Origin: Candidatus Velthaea sp.
GTDB lineage: Bacteria > Vulcanimicrobiota > Vulcanimicrobiia > Vulcanimicrobiales > Vulcanimicrobiaceae
Assembly: GCA_050012475.1 (NCBI GenBank)
Contig: JBEKHC010000027.1
Span: forward strand, 1-53,109
Length of the DNA stretch: 53,109 bases
Direction: 5' to 3'
The notes below the pieces were generated by a model. The model was not told the DNA's origin and did not search any database. It worked only from the letters and a program-made list of their open reading frames with translations. Made by a program: the position numbers and the translations under genes. Below are positions 1-9,893 of the stretch, one piece after another. Every line of letters begins with the position of its first letter. The first letter of the stretch is position 1.

Positions 1-407
1 ATGACGTTACCCAGGAAGATCGTGTGCGTCCCCGACGTCAGTTCCGCGCCGAGCGTGCAGTCGACATACGCTAAGGTCCCGGCGAGAATCGGCGAACCGC
101 TCTGGCCGAAACGATAGGCGACGCCATCAAAACGCGTTTGGGGCTCACCGCCGGCGAATTGCTCGGCTAACGCTTGTTGTTCGCTCGCCAAGATATTGAC
201 GCAAAAACATTGCGACGCCGAGATGAGCGGGTGAGCGCGGGCGTTGCGATTGACGCAGATGAGGACCGTCGGCGGCTGCGCGCTCACGCTGGCGAACGCG
301 TTCGCGGTGAAGCCGTGGATACGCTCGTTGTGCGTCGTCGTAACGACCGCGACACCCGTAGCGAACCGCCGCATCGCCGCCTTGAAGGCATCACTCGATA
401 CGGGCAC
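1..407 (-). CDS. Flavin reductase-like family protein (3' end runs off the window)
   Basis: Not in the ORF track; translated by hand from GTG at 407: MPVSSDAFKAAMRRFATGVAVVTT...GFTANAFASVSAQPPTVLICVN...FCVNIL...GTHTIFLG, the typical flavin reductase signature. The start overlaps the 3' end of the upstream methyltransferase. Confidence 0.9.
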   Translation of the reverse strand, partial: MPVSSDAFKAAMRRFATGVAVVTTTHNERIHGFTANAFASVSAQPPTVLICVNRNARAHPLISASQCFCVNILASEQQALAEQFAGGEPQTRFDGVAYRFGQSGSPILAGTLAYVDCTLGAELTSGTHTIFLGNV

Positions 408-1017
408 CGATGCCGATCCCATCTCCGACCGGAACGATCGTAGCATCGAGTTGCGGATGGGCCAGAAAGATTTTGTTGAATTCGCGAATCGCGCGGACGT
501 TCGCGCCGTCGGCGGCCGTCGGCTCTTCGGAGGCTTCGCCGCTCCAGAGGAGATTGTCGATCACCACGAGCCCCGAGCGCTTGAGCATCGGGATCGCTCG
601 CTCGAGGTAGTCCGGATATTCGGTCTTGTCGGCATCGATGAAGATGATGTCGAGATTGCGCTGCGACCACATTTCGAGCACTTCGAGCGCCGGCTGGTTG
701 ATGATGTCGACTTTTCCGGCAACGCCGGCGCGCTCGAGATAGCTGCGCGCCACCTCGGTTCGCTCGACGTTCGGATCGATCGTCCAGATGTGGCCCGCCG
801 GGGGCAGGGCGAGCGCCATCCATAGCGTCGAGTAACCGTACGCCGTGCCGATCTCGAGGATGCGATTCGCCATCATGGCGTGGACGAGCGTCGACAACAG
901 GCGGCCTGAAGCGCGAGCCACGGAGGGAATGCCGTCGTAGGCGGATTGCTGTTCGAGTTCGAGTAAAAGCGGCGACGGTTCGCGATGAAGCCGTGTTAAA
1001 TAGGACTGGTCGCGCAC
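391..1017 (-). CDS. SAM-dependent O-methyltransferase (COMT/caffeoyl-CoA OMT-like)
   Basis: ILEIGTAYGYSTLW, IIFIDADKTEY and VVIDNLLWSG motifs; start placed at GTG 1017. Confidence 0.9.
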   Translation of the reverse strand: MRDQSYLTRLHREPSPLLLELEQQSAYDGIPSVARASGRLLSTLVHAMMANRILEIGTAYGYSTLWMALALPPAGHIWTIDPNVERTEVARSYLERAGVAGKVDIINQPALEVLEMWSQRNLDIIFIDADKTEYPDYLERAIPMLKRSGLVVIDNLLWSGEASEEPTAADGANVRAIREFNKIFLAHPQLDATIVPVGDGIGIGARIE

Positions 1018-1229
1018 GGTTTGTATGTTTGCCGCTCGGGGAAACCGGGAACCTGCCCGGCACGGCACGGATTCCCGTTCATCCGCTCGCGCACCGCCGG
1101 CCCGCCGAATTCGGCGCGCTCGGCCGGCCCGACCGGGGGTCATCCGCGCGTCGTCGAACATGGTCGTCTGCCAAGACGAGTTCGCGCTTAGAGACTTCGT
1201 CCAAAAACCCCGAGGCTTAGGAGGCTTAC

Positions 1230-1850
1230 GTGACGACCCTCACCCAGCAATCGTACACTGCGAAGAAGTTCGATCTCGCCGGTTTGCAAGGCATCTCCGA
1301 TCAAACGCTGCAGGTGCATTTCGGCCTGTACGAAGGATACGTCAAAAACACCAACCTGCTCAACGAGCAGCTGTCCGAGCAGCTCAAAGCCGGAACGGCT
1401 GCCGGGGCCAATCCGCACTTTGCCGAGCTCACGCGCCGGCTCGGCTTTGAGTACAACGGGATGCGGCTGCACGAATATTATTTTGCGAACCTGACCAAGA
1501 GCGCCGGCGGCGCGCCGACCGCCGCGGTCAATACCGCCGTCGGCGCCACGTACGGCGACTTCGAGACGTGGAAGAAAGACTTCACGGCGACCGGAGCGAT
1601 GCGCGGCGTCGGCTGGGCGATCGCCTACCAAGATCCGTGGACGGGGCGCATCACCAACCATTGGGTGACCCTGCATGAAGACGGCAACGTCGCCGGTTTC
1701 ATCCCGATCTTGGTCATGGACGTGTGGGAGCACGCGTTCTTACTGGATTACAAGCCCGCCGAACGGCCGAAATACATCGAGGCGTTTTTCGCCAACATCG
1801 ATTGGAGTGTCGTCGAGTCACGCCTCAAAGCACCTGCGCCGGCCAACTGA
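1230..1850 (+). CDS. sod: Fe/Mn superoxide dismutase
   Basis: Metal-ligand motifs VHFGLY, LHEYYF and DVWEHA; AGGAGG RBS upstream of the GTG start. Confidence 0.92.
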   Translation: MTTLTQQSYTAKKFDLAGLQGISDQTLQVHFGLYEGYVKNTNLLNEQLSEQLKAGTAAGANPHFAELTRRLGFEYNGMRLHEYYFANLTKSAGGAPTAAVNTAVGATYGDFETWKKDFTATGAMRGVGWAIAYQDPWTGRITNHWVTLHEDGNVAGFIPILVMDVWEHAFLLDYKPAERPKYIEAFFANIDWSVVESRLKAPAPAN

Positions 1851-1867
1851 ACTCCAGGCAATCCGGC

Positions 1868-2581
1868 GTGACCAAACGGCTGCGGCTGTTTCCGTTGAAT
1901 ACCGTGCTCTTTCCGGGGGCCATCCTCAATCTGCACGTGTTCGAGCCGCGGTACCGTCAGATGATTTCCGAATGCCTCGATGCCAACGAAGCGTTCGGCG
2001 TCGTCCTCATTCGGGAGGGCCAACAAGTCGGCGATGCCGACGTCATGCCGCATGACGTCGGCACGACCGCTGAGATTTGTGACGTCACGCCGCTCCCGGC
2101 CGGCCGGTATTATATCAGCACGACCGGCCGGCGGCGCTTCCGCATCCAAGACGTCATCAGCCGCGATCCGTACCTGCTCGTCGAAGTCGAATACCTCGAG
2201 GAAGAACTCGACGACCGCAGCGCCGTCGGCGAGCTGACCGACGAAGTCCGGGAAGAATTTCGTGAATATCTGCGCCTGCTCGTCGAGTTCTCTGGAACCT
2301 CGGCGGAATATGACGTGCCCAACGATCCGGTCGACGCGTCGTTTCTGATCGGCGACGCGCTGCAGGTCGCCGACGCGATGAAGCAGCGGCTGCTCGAGCT
2401 TTCGAATACACAGCAGCGGCTGACGGTCGAATTAGGCTTTCTGCGGCGCTTGTTGCCGCAGTTGCGCACGCTGCTCGAACGCAAAGCCGAACAGTCGCCG
2501 GTCGAACGCGCCGACGCGCCGGGCGGCTCGTTCCGCACCCATCAAGAACAATTTTTCGGCAAGCATTTCAGCTCGAATTAG
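1868..2581 (+). CDS. LON peptidase substrate-binding (Lon N-terminal) domain protein
   Basis: LFPLNTVLFPG...LHVFEPRYRQMI...GRRRFRI motifs; no AAA+ or protease domain. Confidence 0.88.
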   Translation: MTKRLRLFPLNTVLFPGAILNLHVFEPRYRQMISECLDANEAFGVVLIREGQQVGDADVMPHDVGTTAEICDVTPLPAGRYYISTTGRRRFRIQDVISRDPYLLVEVEYLEEELDDRSAVGELTDEVREEFREYLRLLVEFSGTSAEYDVPNDPVDASFLIGDALQVADAMKQRLLELSNTQQRLTVELGFLRRLLPQLRTLLERKAEQSPVERADAPGGSFRTHQEQFFGKHFSSN

Positions 2582-3459
2582 CTTCGCGAGCGGGAGACCG
2601 GCCGGCGGCTGCAGAGCCGTTCGGCGGCCGCGACGACGTTGCGCATCAGCGCGACGTTCGTCACCGGTCCCACGCCCCCGGGCACGGGGGTAATGGCGCC
2701 GGCCACTTGCGCAACTTCGGCGTACGCGACATCGCCGACGACTTTGCCGTCGACGAAGGTCGTGCCGACATCGATGACGGTCGCACCGGGCAACACCATG
2801 TCGGCACGGATCAGCCCTGGCACCCCGGTCGCGACGACGAGGACTTCGGCGTCGCGCGTATGGCGGGCGAGGTCGCGGGTCAATTGGTGCGTCGAGGTCA
2901 CCGTGGCGTCTTGCGCCATCATCAGCAGGGCAACCGGCAAACCCACGACGTTCGACCGGCCGACGATGCAGGCGCGAACCCCCGGCAGCACGCTATGAGG
3001 GCTGCGCTCGAGCAACAGCATGACCGCGGCCGGCGTGGCAGGGACGAATTCGGTTCCCGATCCGAACGCCAACCGGCCTTGATTGAAGGGGTGGGCGCCA
3101 TCGGCATCCTTGTGACGCGGCATCGCGTCGGCGATTCGCCGGATCGCGAGGTGCGGCGGCAACGGTTGCTGGAGAATGACGCCATGGACGTCGTTGTCTT
3201 CACCCAGCGCCAGCAATTCGCGGCGAACGCCGGCTTCGGACGCATCAGCCGGCAGCGCCCGCACCCCGACCTCGACGCCGACACTCGAGCCAGCCTTCAC
3301 CAGGCTGCGCATGTAGGACATCGACGCCGCATCTTCGCCCACGATCACGACGACCAACCGCGCGACGCAATCGCGTTCGCGCAACATCAGCGTGCGCGCG
3401 CGCAGGTCGGCGCGCAACTCGTCCGCCAGCGCGCGTCCGTCCAAAACTACCGCTGCCAT
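2578..3459 (-). CDS. folD: Bifunctional methylenetetrahydrofolate dehydrogenase/cyclohydrolase
   Basis: LDGRALA, HGVILQQPLP, KDADG, VGRSNVVGLP, IDVG and TPVPGGVGPVT motifs. Confidence 0.95.
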   Translation of the reverse strand: MAAVVLDGRALADELRADLRARTLMLRERDCVARLVVVIVGEDAASMSYMRSLVKAGSSVGVEVGVRALPADASEAGVRRELLALGEDNDVHGVILQQPLPPHLAIRRIADAMPRHKDADGAHPFNQGRLAFGSGTEFVPATPAAVMLLLERSPHSVLPGVRACIVGRSNVVGLPVALLMMAQDATVTSTHQLTRDLARHTRDAEVLVVATGVPGLIRADMVLPGATVIDVGTTFVDGKVVGDVAYAEVAQVAGAITPVPGGVGPVTNVALMRNVVAAAERLCSRRPVSRSRS

Positions 3460-3493
3460 CGGCGGCTGCGTTCGGGCGGCTGAGGGAGCACCC

Positions 3494-3778
3494 CTGGAAC
3501 GCGTTCGCTGGGAGGTCGCGCTCGCCCCGGATTTCGACACGGCGGCGTTCGAGGGCGCGTTCGCCGGATTTCGCCGGCTTTACCACGTGCGTCCGGAGCG
3601 CGTGTTTTGCGCGCCCGGCGTGCTGCTCCGGTTCGCCGAACTCTACGCGCGGTCGCCGGACGATGCCCTCGCGCGCCGCCTGCGCTTCGAGGGCATCGAA
3701 CTCGAAAGCTCGATCGTCAGTCCGGGAACGATCGTCTTTGAGGGACGCGTGGATGAAGAACGGATGGGAGATTGGTAA
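3494..3778 (+). CDS. Small hypothetical protein
   Basis: Globular-looking ORF ending EGRVDEERMGDW; a CTG start follows a GAGGGAG RBS and avoids overlap with folD. Start uncertain. Confidence 0.6.
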   Translation: MERVRWEVALAPDFDTAAFEGAFAGFRRLYHVRPERVFCAPGVLLRFAELYARSPDDALARRLRFEGIELESSIVSPGTIVFEGRVDEERMGDW

Positions 3779-3785
3779 GAGCAGT

Positions 3786-3902
3786 ATTCGCGGCGCTTAC
3801 GCGCCGCGAATCCGTGGCGTTCGGGCCTTCGGCCCGAGCCGCGTGTGGCGTTTGCGGCTGCGCCGAATCCGTGGCGTTCGGCCCCTTCGGGGCCGAGCCG
3901 CG
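3786..3902. repeat. Cluster of four REP-like hairpin units in a convergent intergenic gap
   Basis: GAATCCGTGGCGT-[hairpin]-GCCGCG occurs at 3808-3843 and 3865-3902 with different perfect stems (TCGGGCC-ttc-GGCCCGA; TCGGCCCC-ttc-GGGGCCGA), plus TTCGCGGCGC-ttac-GCGCCGCGAA and CGGC-tgc-GCCG. Confidence 0.8.
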
Positions 3903-3931
3903 GGCTTTGAGGCCACGGCGACGTTGGTTCT

Positions 3932-4786
3932 CTAGCTGTTCAGGAAGCGGGTGATGGCGGCGGCGACCAGCGGAGCTTCTTCGAGCATCGGGAGGTGCCC
4001 GCTGTGTTCGCAGATGACGACGCCGGCCTGCGGATAAACCGCTTGCGCCGTTTTCAGCGCCTTGATCGGGATGTAGCGGTCTTGCCGGCCCCAGATGATG
4101 AGCGTCGGACCGCTCCACGCGCGCAGCCTCCCGTGAACGATCGGCGCCTGACGGAAGTCCTGGATCGCGCCGGTGTAGACCGCAGCGAACGCCCGCCGAA
4201 CCTCGAATTGGGTGGCATAGACGAAGGCGGTGTCGCGGATCGAGCGCGGGATCGATGCGGGGTCGACCACGGACTGGTTCAAGGTCCGATCGACGAATTT
4301 GCGCCCCGGCCGGCGGGTGAAAAACCAGCGCGCGAGCTGACTGCCGAGCAGCGCGTAGACGAATCGCGCGGCGCGGAGAAAGCCCGCCGGAGCGATCAGG
4401 ATCAGCCGTTCGATCCGGCTGGAATGCGTGGCGGCGTAGTTTGCGGCGATGTAACCGCCCAGCGAGTGGCCGCAGAGCACGAACGACGCCGGCGCGACTT
4501 GATCGAGAATGGCAGCGACGACGGTAGCGAAAAATGCCGTATCGTAGCGCGCGTCGGGCTTATCGCTGGCCCCGAACCCGGGCAAATCGAAGGCCACGAT
4601 GTGCAGTTGGGGGTCGAGCAGCGGCACCAGCACGTCCCAGGCCGCCTGGGTCCAGTGGCCGAGCCCGTGCACGAGCACCAGCGTGCGTGCGTCGCTGGCG
4701 GGGCTGCCGGACTCGAAAACGACGACACCGGTGCCCGCCGCGATGATGCGGCGTTCGCGCCAGCCGGTGGTTGCGGTCGGGGTCAC
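3932..4786 (-). CDS. Alpha/beta fold hydrolase
   Basis: LVLVHGLG, DLPGFGAS, GHSLGG nucleophile elbow, WGRQD and SGHLPMLE motifs. Confidence 0.92.
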   Translation of the reverse strand: MTPTATTGWRERRIIAAGTGVVVFESGSPASDARTLVLVHGLGHWTQAAWDVLVPLLDPQLHIVAFDLPGFGASDKPDARYDTAFFATVVAAILDQVAPASFVLCGHSLGGYIAANYAATHSSRIERLILIAPAGFLRAARFVYALLGSQLARWFFTRRPGRKFVDRTLNQSVVDPASIPRSIRDTAFVYATQFEVRRAFAAVYTGAIQDFRQAPIVHGRLRAWSGPTLIIWGRQDRYIPIKALKTAQAVYPQAGVVICEHSGHLPMLEEAPLVAAAITRFLNS

Positions 4787-4825
4787 GAGATAAGGGTCCG
4801 TTCGTATCGCCTCGAAGGGCAAAGG

Positions 4826-5365
4826 ATGCGTTGTCTGTGGAGCCTCGCCGGGGCGATCGGCTTGGGTATTCTCCTGAGCGGGTGTTATTCCGGCGGCGGT
4901 CCGAAGCGGACGATCGACGCGTCGTCGGGCGGTCCGGGGTCGTTGGCCGGCGCGCCCGCGGTAAGCTACGACGTCAAACGAATCGACGGCCAGACCGACG
5001 GCTTGAGCCGCTATCGCGGCTCCGTGGTCGTGATGAATCTGTGGGCCACGTGGTGCCCGCCGTGCCGCGAGGAGATGCCCGCGCTGCAGCAGTTTTATCG
5101 CGAGAACCGGACCAAGGGCGTCGTCGTGCTCGGCGTCGACCAAGGCGAGTCGGCCCAGGCCGCGAGTGCATTTGCGCGCGAACACGGCGTGACGTTCCCC
5201 ATTCTGCTCGACGCCGATCAGCAGTACGGGCGCAGTTATGCCGCAGTCGGGTTGCCGACGACGGTCATCGTCGGCCGGAACGGCCACGTGATGCGCGGCA
5301 TCGACGGCCAGCTGACGCTGGCCCAGATGCGCGAGGCGGTCGGTCCGGCGCTGCGCGCGCAGTGA
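4826..5365 (+). CDS. TlpA/ResA-family thiol:disulfide oxidoreductase lipoprotein
   Basis: LLSGC lipobox, NLWATWCPPCREEMP active site and GLPTT cis-Pro motif. Confidence 0.92.
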   Translation: MRCLWSLAGAIGLGILLSGCYSGGGPKRTIDASSGGPGSLAGAPAVSYDVKRIDGQTDGLSRYRGSVVVMNLWATWCPPCREEMPALQQFYRENRTKGVVVLGVDQGESAQAASAFAREHGVTFPILLDADQQYGRSYAAVGLPTTVIVGRNGHVMRGIDGQLTLAQMREAVGPALRAQ

Positions 5366-6318
5366 GTTCGCGCCAAACGGCGCTGGTCGTCGCCCTCGCC
5401 GCGATCGGTTTGACGCTGGCCCAAGACGTTCGCCCCGGGCTCGATTTTTACCACACCTGGCAGTACGCGGCGGCGATGACGCTGGGCATCATCGTGCTCG
5501 CCGCGTACGCGTGGGGGGCGCGGTCGGGCAGCGACGGCCGCGCCGGACAGTGGGTCGCGCTCGGCCTCGCGGGCGCGCTCGTGGTCGCGATCGACGGGCT
5601 GCTGTCGGGTCTGATCGGACCCGACACGATCACCGTCAGCGGCTCGCCGGGCACCGTGACGCCGGTGCCCGACTTGGCGGCCGCAGCATTTTTCGGGCCG
5701 GCCGATCCCCAGACGATCGCGCGCGGCGACGCGACCGTCTCCCTGCGCCAGAAAGGGGTCGATCCGATCGCAGTTCCCGCAAGCGGCCGGCTCTTTCTCG
5801 GCACCTCGATTGCGTATCTGGCGTCGCGTCCGGCAGCATATATCGTCGCGCACGACGCGCGTGGCAACCGGCTCACCGTCACGCAGCCGACCAATCCGAC
5901 GTTCTTGTCGCCGGTGCTGCTGTTTCCGCAAAGCCAACCGCTGCGCGACAAATCCTATCCGCTCGATACGTTTGCGACGCCCGGCGTTCACCGCATCGCG
6001 CGCGCGCTCTATTTCAGCGCCGACGACGCGCAAACGTTCAATCACCTGGGTTCGCGGCAGCCGGCGCTCGTGCTCTCCGTCAACGACGACAACGGCAAGT
6101 CGGTGGGTCTGACGATCGTGCCCTCGGGCCGCGACGTCGCGATCGGCGATTTGCACATCATCGCGACGCTGGGAACGTTTCCGCAGCTCGTCGTCGCGTC
6201 GGCGCCGCATCCCGCGGTGCTCATCGCCGGGCTGCTGCTCTTCATCGGCGGTGCCGGCGCCGCGCTCATCCCGCCCAAGCGCGGTTCGCGCCTGAGCGTT
6301 TCTGCAGCCGAGACGTAG
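5362..6318 (+). CDS. Membrane protein with ResB/CcsB-like topology (divergent)
   Basis: GTGA overlap with the TlpA gene; three N-terminal hydrophobic helices, a soluble domain and one C-terminal helix; DFYHTW resembles the ResB D-x-Y-H-S-W motif. Confidence 0.6.
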   Translation: MSSRQTALVVALAAIGLTLAQDVRPGLDFYHTWQYAAAMTLGIIVLAAYAWGARSGSDGRAGQWVALGLAGALVVAIDGLLSGLIGPDTITVSGSPGTVTPVPDLAAAAFFGPADPQTIARGDATVSLRQKGVDPIAVPASGRLFLGTSIAYLASRPAAYIVAHDARGNRLTVTQPTNPTFLSPVLLFPQSQPLRDKSYPLDTFATPGVHRIARALYFSADDAQTFNHLGSRQPALVLSVNDDNGKSVGLTIVPSGRDVAIGDLHIIATLGTFPQLVVASAPHPAVLIAGLLLFIGGAGAALIPPKRGSRLSVSAAET

Positions 6319-6320
6319 CG

Positions 6321-7949
6321 TTGCCCCAACGTTGGCGGACCGTCGTCGCGCTGGTTTGGCTCGTGAGCTGTGCGGTGCCGCTGCTCCCGCGCGGCGCGCT
6401 CGCGCAAGATTCTCCCGCGTCCCCGCTGCGGATCGCGATCACCGAAGAGCCCGCAACGCTCAATCCCATCGTCGGGACGCTGGCCGTCGAATCCGATATG
6501 ACCGCGCTGCTCTACAGCGGTTTGACGCGTTACGACGAAAAGGGCAATCGCGTGCCGGACCTCGCCGAACGCGTGCCGACGCGTGAGAACGGCGGCATCG
6601 CCGCTGACGGGAAGAGCATCACCTATCATCTCGTGCACAACGCGCGCTGGCACGACGGCGTGCCGGTGACGTCGGCCGACGTCAAGTTCACCTTCGACGC
6701 GCTGATGAACCCGAAAAACAATGTCGTCGACCGCGAGCCGTACGACGAGATGGCCCGGATCGAAACGCCGGATCCGTATACCGTGCGCATCGTGCTCAAG
6801 CGTCCGTGGGCGCCGGCGATCGACGGCTTCAGCAATCGCATCGACGGCTCGATCGTGCCGGCGCATCTGCTGGGCAAGCTCGACGATCTCAACCACGCCG
6901 ATTTCAATACGCTGCCCGTCGGCAGCGGACCGTATAAGCTCGTCGCGTGGCATCACGGCAGTGACATGGTCTTCGCCGCCGATCCGGCGTACTTCCGCGG
7001 GCCGGCAAAAATCGGCCGCATCGTGGTGCGCTTTCTCGACAACGACAATACGATGCTCATCGCGCTGCGGACGCACGACATCGATCTCGGCGATACCCTC
7101 AACATTTCGACCTTCATCAACATCGGCAGCGCGCCGGGGCTGGTGCCGGTCTCGAACGCCAAGACCTATTGGGAACACTTGACGTTCAATACCGCGCGTG
7201 CGCCGCTCGACGACCCGCGGGTTCGCCGCGCGTTGTGCTACGGCTTCGACATCCAACGGATTTTCGCGAACGTCTATCATGGTTTGGGCGCGCTCGGCCC
7301 GGGCTCGATCAATCCGGTGACGCCGTGGTACAACCACGCGATCCGCCCGTATCGATATGATCCCAAGCGCGCGGCGCAATTGTTGGATGACGCCGGGTGG
7401 AAGATCGGATCGGACGGCATCCGGGTGCGGAACGGACAGCGCCTTGCGCTAACCTTCATCTCAACGAGCGCCAACATCACGCGCGCCCAAACGATGGTGC
7501 TGCTGCAAGACGCTTGGAAAGCGATCGGCGTCGATGTGACCGTCAAGACCTTTCCGGCCGCGACCATGTTCGCCCAAGCCGCCAACGGCGGACCGTTCTA
7601 TGGCGGAAAGTTCGACGTCGCGCTGAGCGCGTTCATCTCGAGCATACCGGACCCCAACCAAGTCAACGTCAACCCGCAAGACCGCATCCCGCCGGCCGGC
7701 AACAACCTGTCGTTCTACCGCAATGCGGAACTCACGCGCTTGGAATACGCCGCGGCGCAGACGTTCGACGATGCCGCCCGCAAGCGCATGTACGACCGGA
7801 TTCAGGAAATCGTCGTCAGCGAAGTGCCGTACTACACGCTCAATTGGCTGCCGGTCAACGACATCCGTGCCGCCGCTCTCGAGGGCGTCAAGCCGACGAT
7901 CGTGAACTCGACGTTCTGGAATATCGCCGACTGGTACATGCGACGCTAA
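6321..7949 (+). CDS. Peptide/nickel ABC transporter substrate-binding protein (family 5)
   Basis: EPATLNP, ARWHDGVPVTSADVKFT, PVGSGPYKL and RVRRAL motifs; signal peptide. Start uncertain. Confidence 0.92.
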   Translation: MPQRWRTVVALVWLVSCAVPLLPRGALAQDSPASPLRIAITEEPATLNPIVGTLAVESDMTALLYSGLTRYDEKGNRVPDLAERVPTRENGGIAADGKSITYHLVHNARWHDGVPVTSADVKFTFDALMNPKNNVVDREPYDEMARIETPDPYTVRIVLKRPWAPAIDGFSNRIDGSIVPAHLLGKLDDLNHADFNTLPVGSGPYKLVAWHHGSDMVFAADPAYFRGPAKIGRIVVRFLDNDNTMLIALRTHDIDLGDTLNISTFINIGSAPGLVPVSNAKTYWEHLTFNTARAPLDDPRVRRALCYGFDIQRIFANVYHGLGALGPGSINPVTPWYNHAIRPYRYDPKRAAQLLDDAGWKIGSDGIRVRNGQRLALTFISTSANITRAQTMVLLQDAWKAIGVDVTVKTFPAATMFAQAANGGPFYGGKFDVALSAFISSIPDPNQVNVNPQDRIPPAGNNLSFYRNAELTRLEYAAAQTFDDAARKRMYDRIQEIVVSEVPYYTLNWLPVNDIRAAALEGVKPTIVNSTFWNIADWYMRR

Positions 7950-7988
7950 TTCAGCCTCGTGCTTCGACTAGGACGGAGGAACGTTCGA

Positions 7989-9695
7989 TTGAGCAAGCCC
8001 CGCAGGCGCGCCGGCTTCGCGGTTATGATCTTCCTGGCGTCGCTGATCGGCACGTCGCGTGCGGCGCCGGCGGCTGAGCCGGCGCACGGGATGAACGGAA
8101 TGGTTGCCAGCGATCAGCATCTCGCGACGCAGGCGGGTATCGACGTGCTCAAGGCCGGCGGAAACGCCGTCGATGCCGCGGTTGCCGTGGGCTATGCGCT
8201 TGCCGTTACCGATCCGTGCTGCGGCAACATCGGCGGGGGCGGCTTCATGCTGGTCCGCCTGCGCAGCGGCAAGGCGACGTTCATCGATTTCCGCGAGAAG
8301 GCACCGCTGCGCGCGACCCGCACGATGTATCTGGACCGTGCAGGCAACGTCGTGCCGGGTCTGAGCACGCGCGGGTATTTGGCCGTCGGCGTTCCCGGAA
8401 CCGTCGCCGGTCTCGAATATGCGCGCGAGCACTACGGCACCAAAGCGCGTGCGGATCTGCTCGCACCGGCGATTGCGCTCGCGCGCGACGGCTACGAACT
8501 GCAAGCCGGCGATGTCGCCTTGTTCGACGCCGGCCTCAAGGATTTTGGGCGCGATCCGGTGGCGGCGGGAATTTTCAGCCATGCGGGCGCGCCGCTGCGC
8601 GTCGGCGACCGCCTGCGCCAGGCCGATCTGGCCCAAACGCTCTCCGCGATCGCGCAAGACGGCCCGCGGGCATTCTACGACGGGCCGATCGCGCAGGCGG
8701 TCGTTGCCGCCGGCGCCCGGCACGGCGGCATTCTCTCGCTCGACGACTTCGCAAAGTATACGGTCGAGGAGTCGGCACCGGTCCGCTGCCGCTACCACGG
8801 CTACGACGTCATTTCGTCACCGCCGCCCAGTTCCGGCGGGACGACGATATGCGAGATCCTGGGCATCGTGGAGCCGTTCGACTTTGCCGCCGGCGTATTT
8901 CATTCCGCCGCCAGCGTGCACGAACTCGTCGAAGCCGAGCGGCTGGCCTACGTCGACCGCAACACGTATTTGGGCGATTCGGCGTTCGTCCATAATCCGC
9001 TGGGGGCGTTACTGTCAGCCGGCTACGCAGCCAAACAACGGGCGCGCATCCCGGAGCGGGCGGGCGTCTCGAAGGACACGTCCGCGGGGCTCGGGCCATA
9101 TCAAGAGGGCCAAAACACGACGCACTATTCGATCGTCGACCGCTTCGGAAATGCAGTCGCGGTAACGTACACCATCAATGACTATTTCGGTGCCAACCTG
9201 ATCGCGCCGGATACCGGGTTTTTCCTCAACGACGAAATGGACGATTTCACCAGCAAACCCGGCACGCCGAATCTTTATGGGCTCGTTCAGGGCGAAGCGA
9301 ATGCGATCGCGCCGGGAAAACGCCCGCTGTCGTCGATGTCACCGACGATCGCGCTCAAAGACGGCCGGCCCGCGATCGTCGCGGGGAGCCCGGGTGGTTC
9401 GCGCATCATCACGATCACGCTGGGCTTGTTGCAGAACATCATCGATTACGGCATGAACGTGAAGGACGCCGTCGACGCACCGCGGCTGCACCATCAATGG
9501 CTGCCCGACGAAATCTCCGTCGAGCCGGGCGCGCTGGACGACGCGACGCGCGCGGCGCTGACGGCGATGGGGTACACGATCACCGACCACGCCGAGTGGG
9601 GTGCGGCCGAAGCGATCACCATCGATCCCAGAACCCGCGAACTCTTCGGCGCGAACGACCGCCGCCGGCCCGCGGGCTCGGCGCTCGGGTACTGA
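7989..9695 (+). CDS. ggt: Gamma-glutamyltransferase
   Basis: GGNAVDAAVA, GGGGFM, IDFREKAP, NTTHYS (catalytic Thr), NDEMDDF, KRPLSSMSPT and GSPGGSRI motifs; GGAGGA RBS before TTG 7989. Confidence 0.95.
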   Translation: MSKPRRRAGFAVMIFLASLIGTSRAAPAAEPAHGMNGMVASDQHLATQAGIDVLKAGGNAVDAAVAVGYALAVTDPCCGNIGGGGFMLVRLRSGKATFIDFREKAPLRATRTMYLDRAGNVVPGLSTRGYLAVGVPGTVAGLEYAREHYGTKARADLLAPAIALARDGYELQAGDVALFDAGLKDFGRDPVAAGIFSHAGAPLRVGDRLRQADLAQTLSAIAQDGPRAFYDGPIAQAVVAAGARHGGILSLDDFAKYTVEESAPVRCRYHGYDVISSPPPSSGGTTICEILGIVEPFDFAAGVFHSAASVHELVEAERLAYVDRNTYLGDSAFVHNPLGALLSAGYAAKQRARIPERAGVSKDTSAGLGPYQEGQNTTHYSIVDRFGNAVAVTYTINDYFGANLIAPDTGFFLNDEMDDFTSKPGTPNLYGLVQGEANAIAPGKRPLSSMSPTIALKDGRPAIVAGSPGGSRIITITLGLLQNIIDYGMNVKDAVDAPRLHHQWLPDEISVEPGALDDATRAALTAMGYTITDHAEWGAAEAITIDPRTRELFGANDRRRPAGSALGY

Positions 9696-9893
9696 CGGCA
9701 GCTCGGCGAGCCGCCGATCGGTCTGCTCGGGTACGGTGCCAGGGGCAAATGAGTCTGCAGTCAAAGCGGCTTCCTAGCGTTAGGTGCGTGCGGCCGGGTG
9801 CTCGGTGCTTTCGCGAGACGATATCGAAGACGTATCGCTGCTCCGCTCAACGAAAGTCGAAACACCCGTGGCAACAACCGCACGGCAGGACCC

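Noticed and set aside
9736..9805. c-di-GMP-I (GEMM) riboswitch upstream of the small ORF (GGGCAAA...CAAAGC...CCTAG...GGCCGGGTG)
   Set aside because: Only scattered words match; the GNRA tetraloop hairpin and the GACGCAAAG context are missing. An Infernal search with RF01051 would be needed and I cannot support it by eye.
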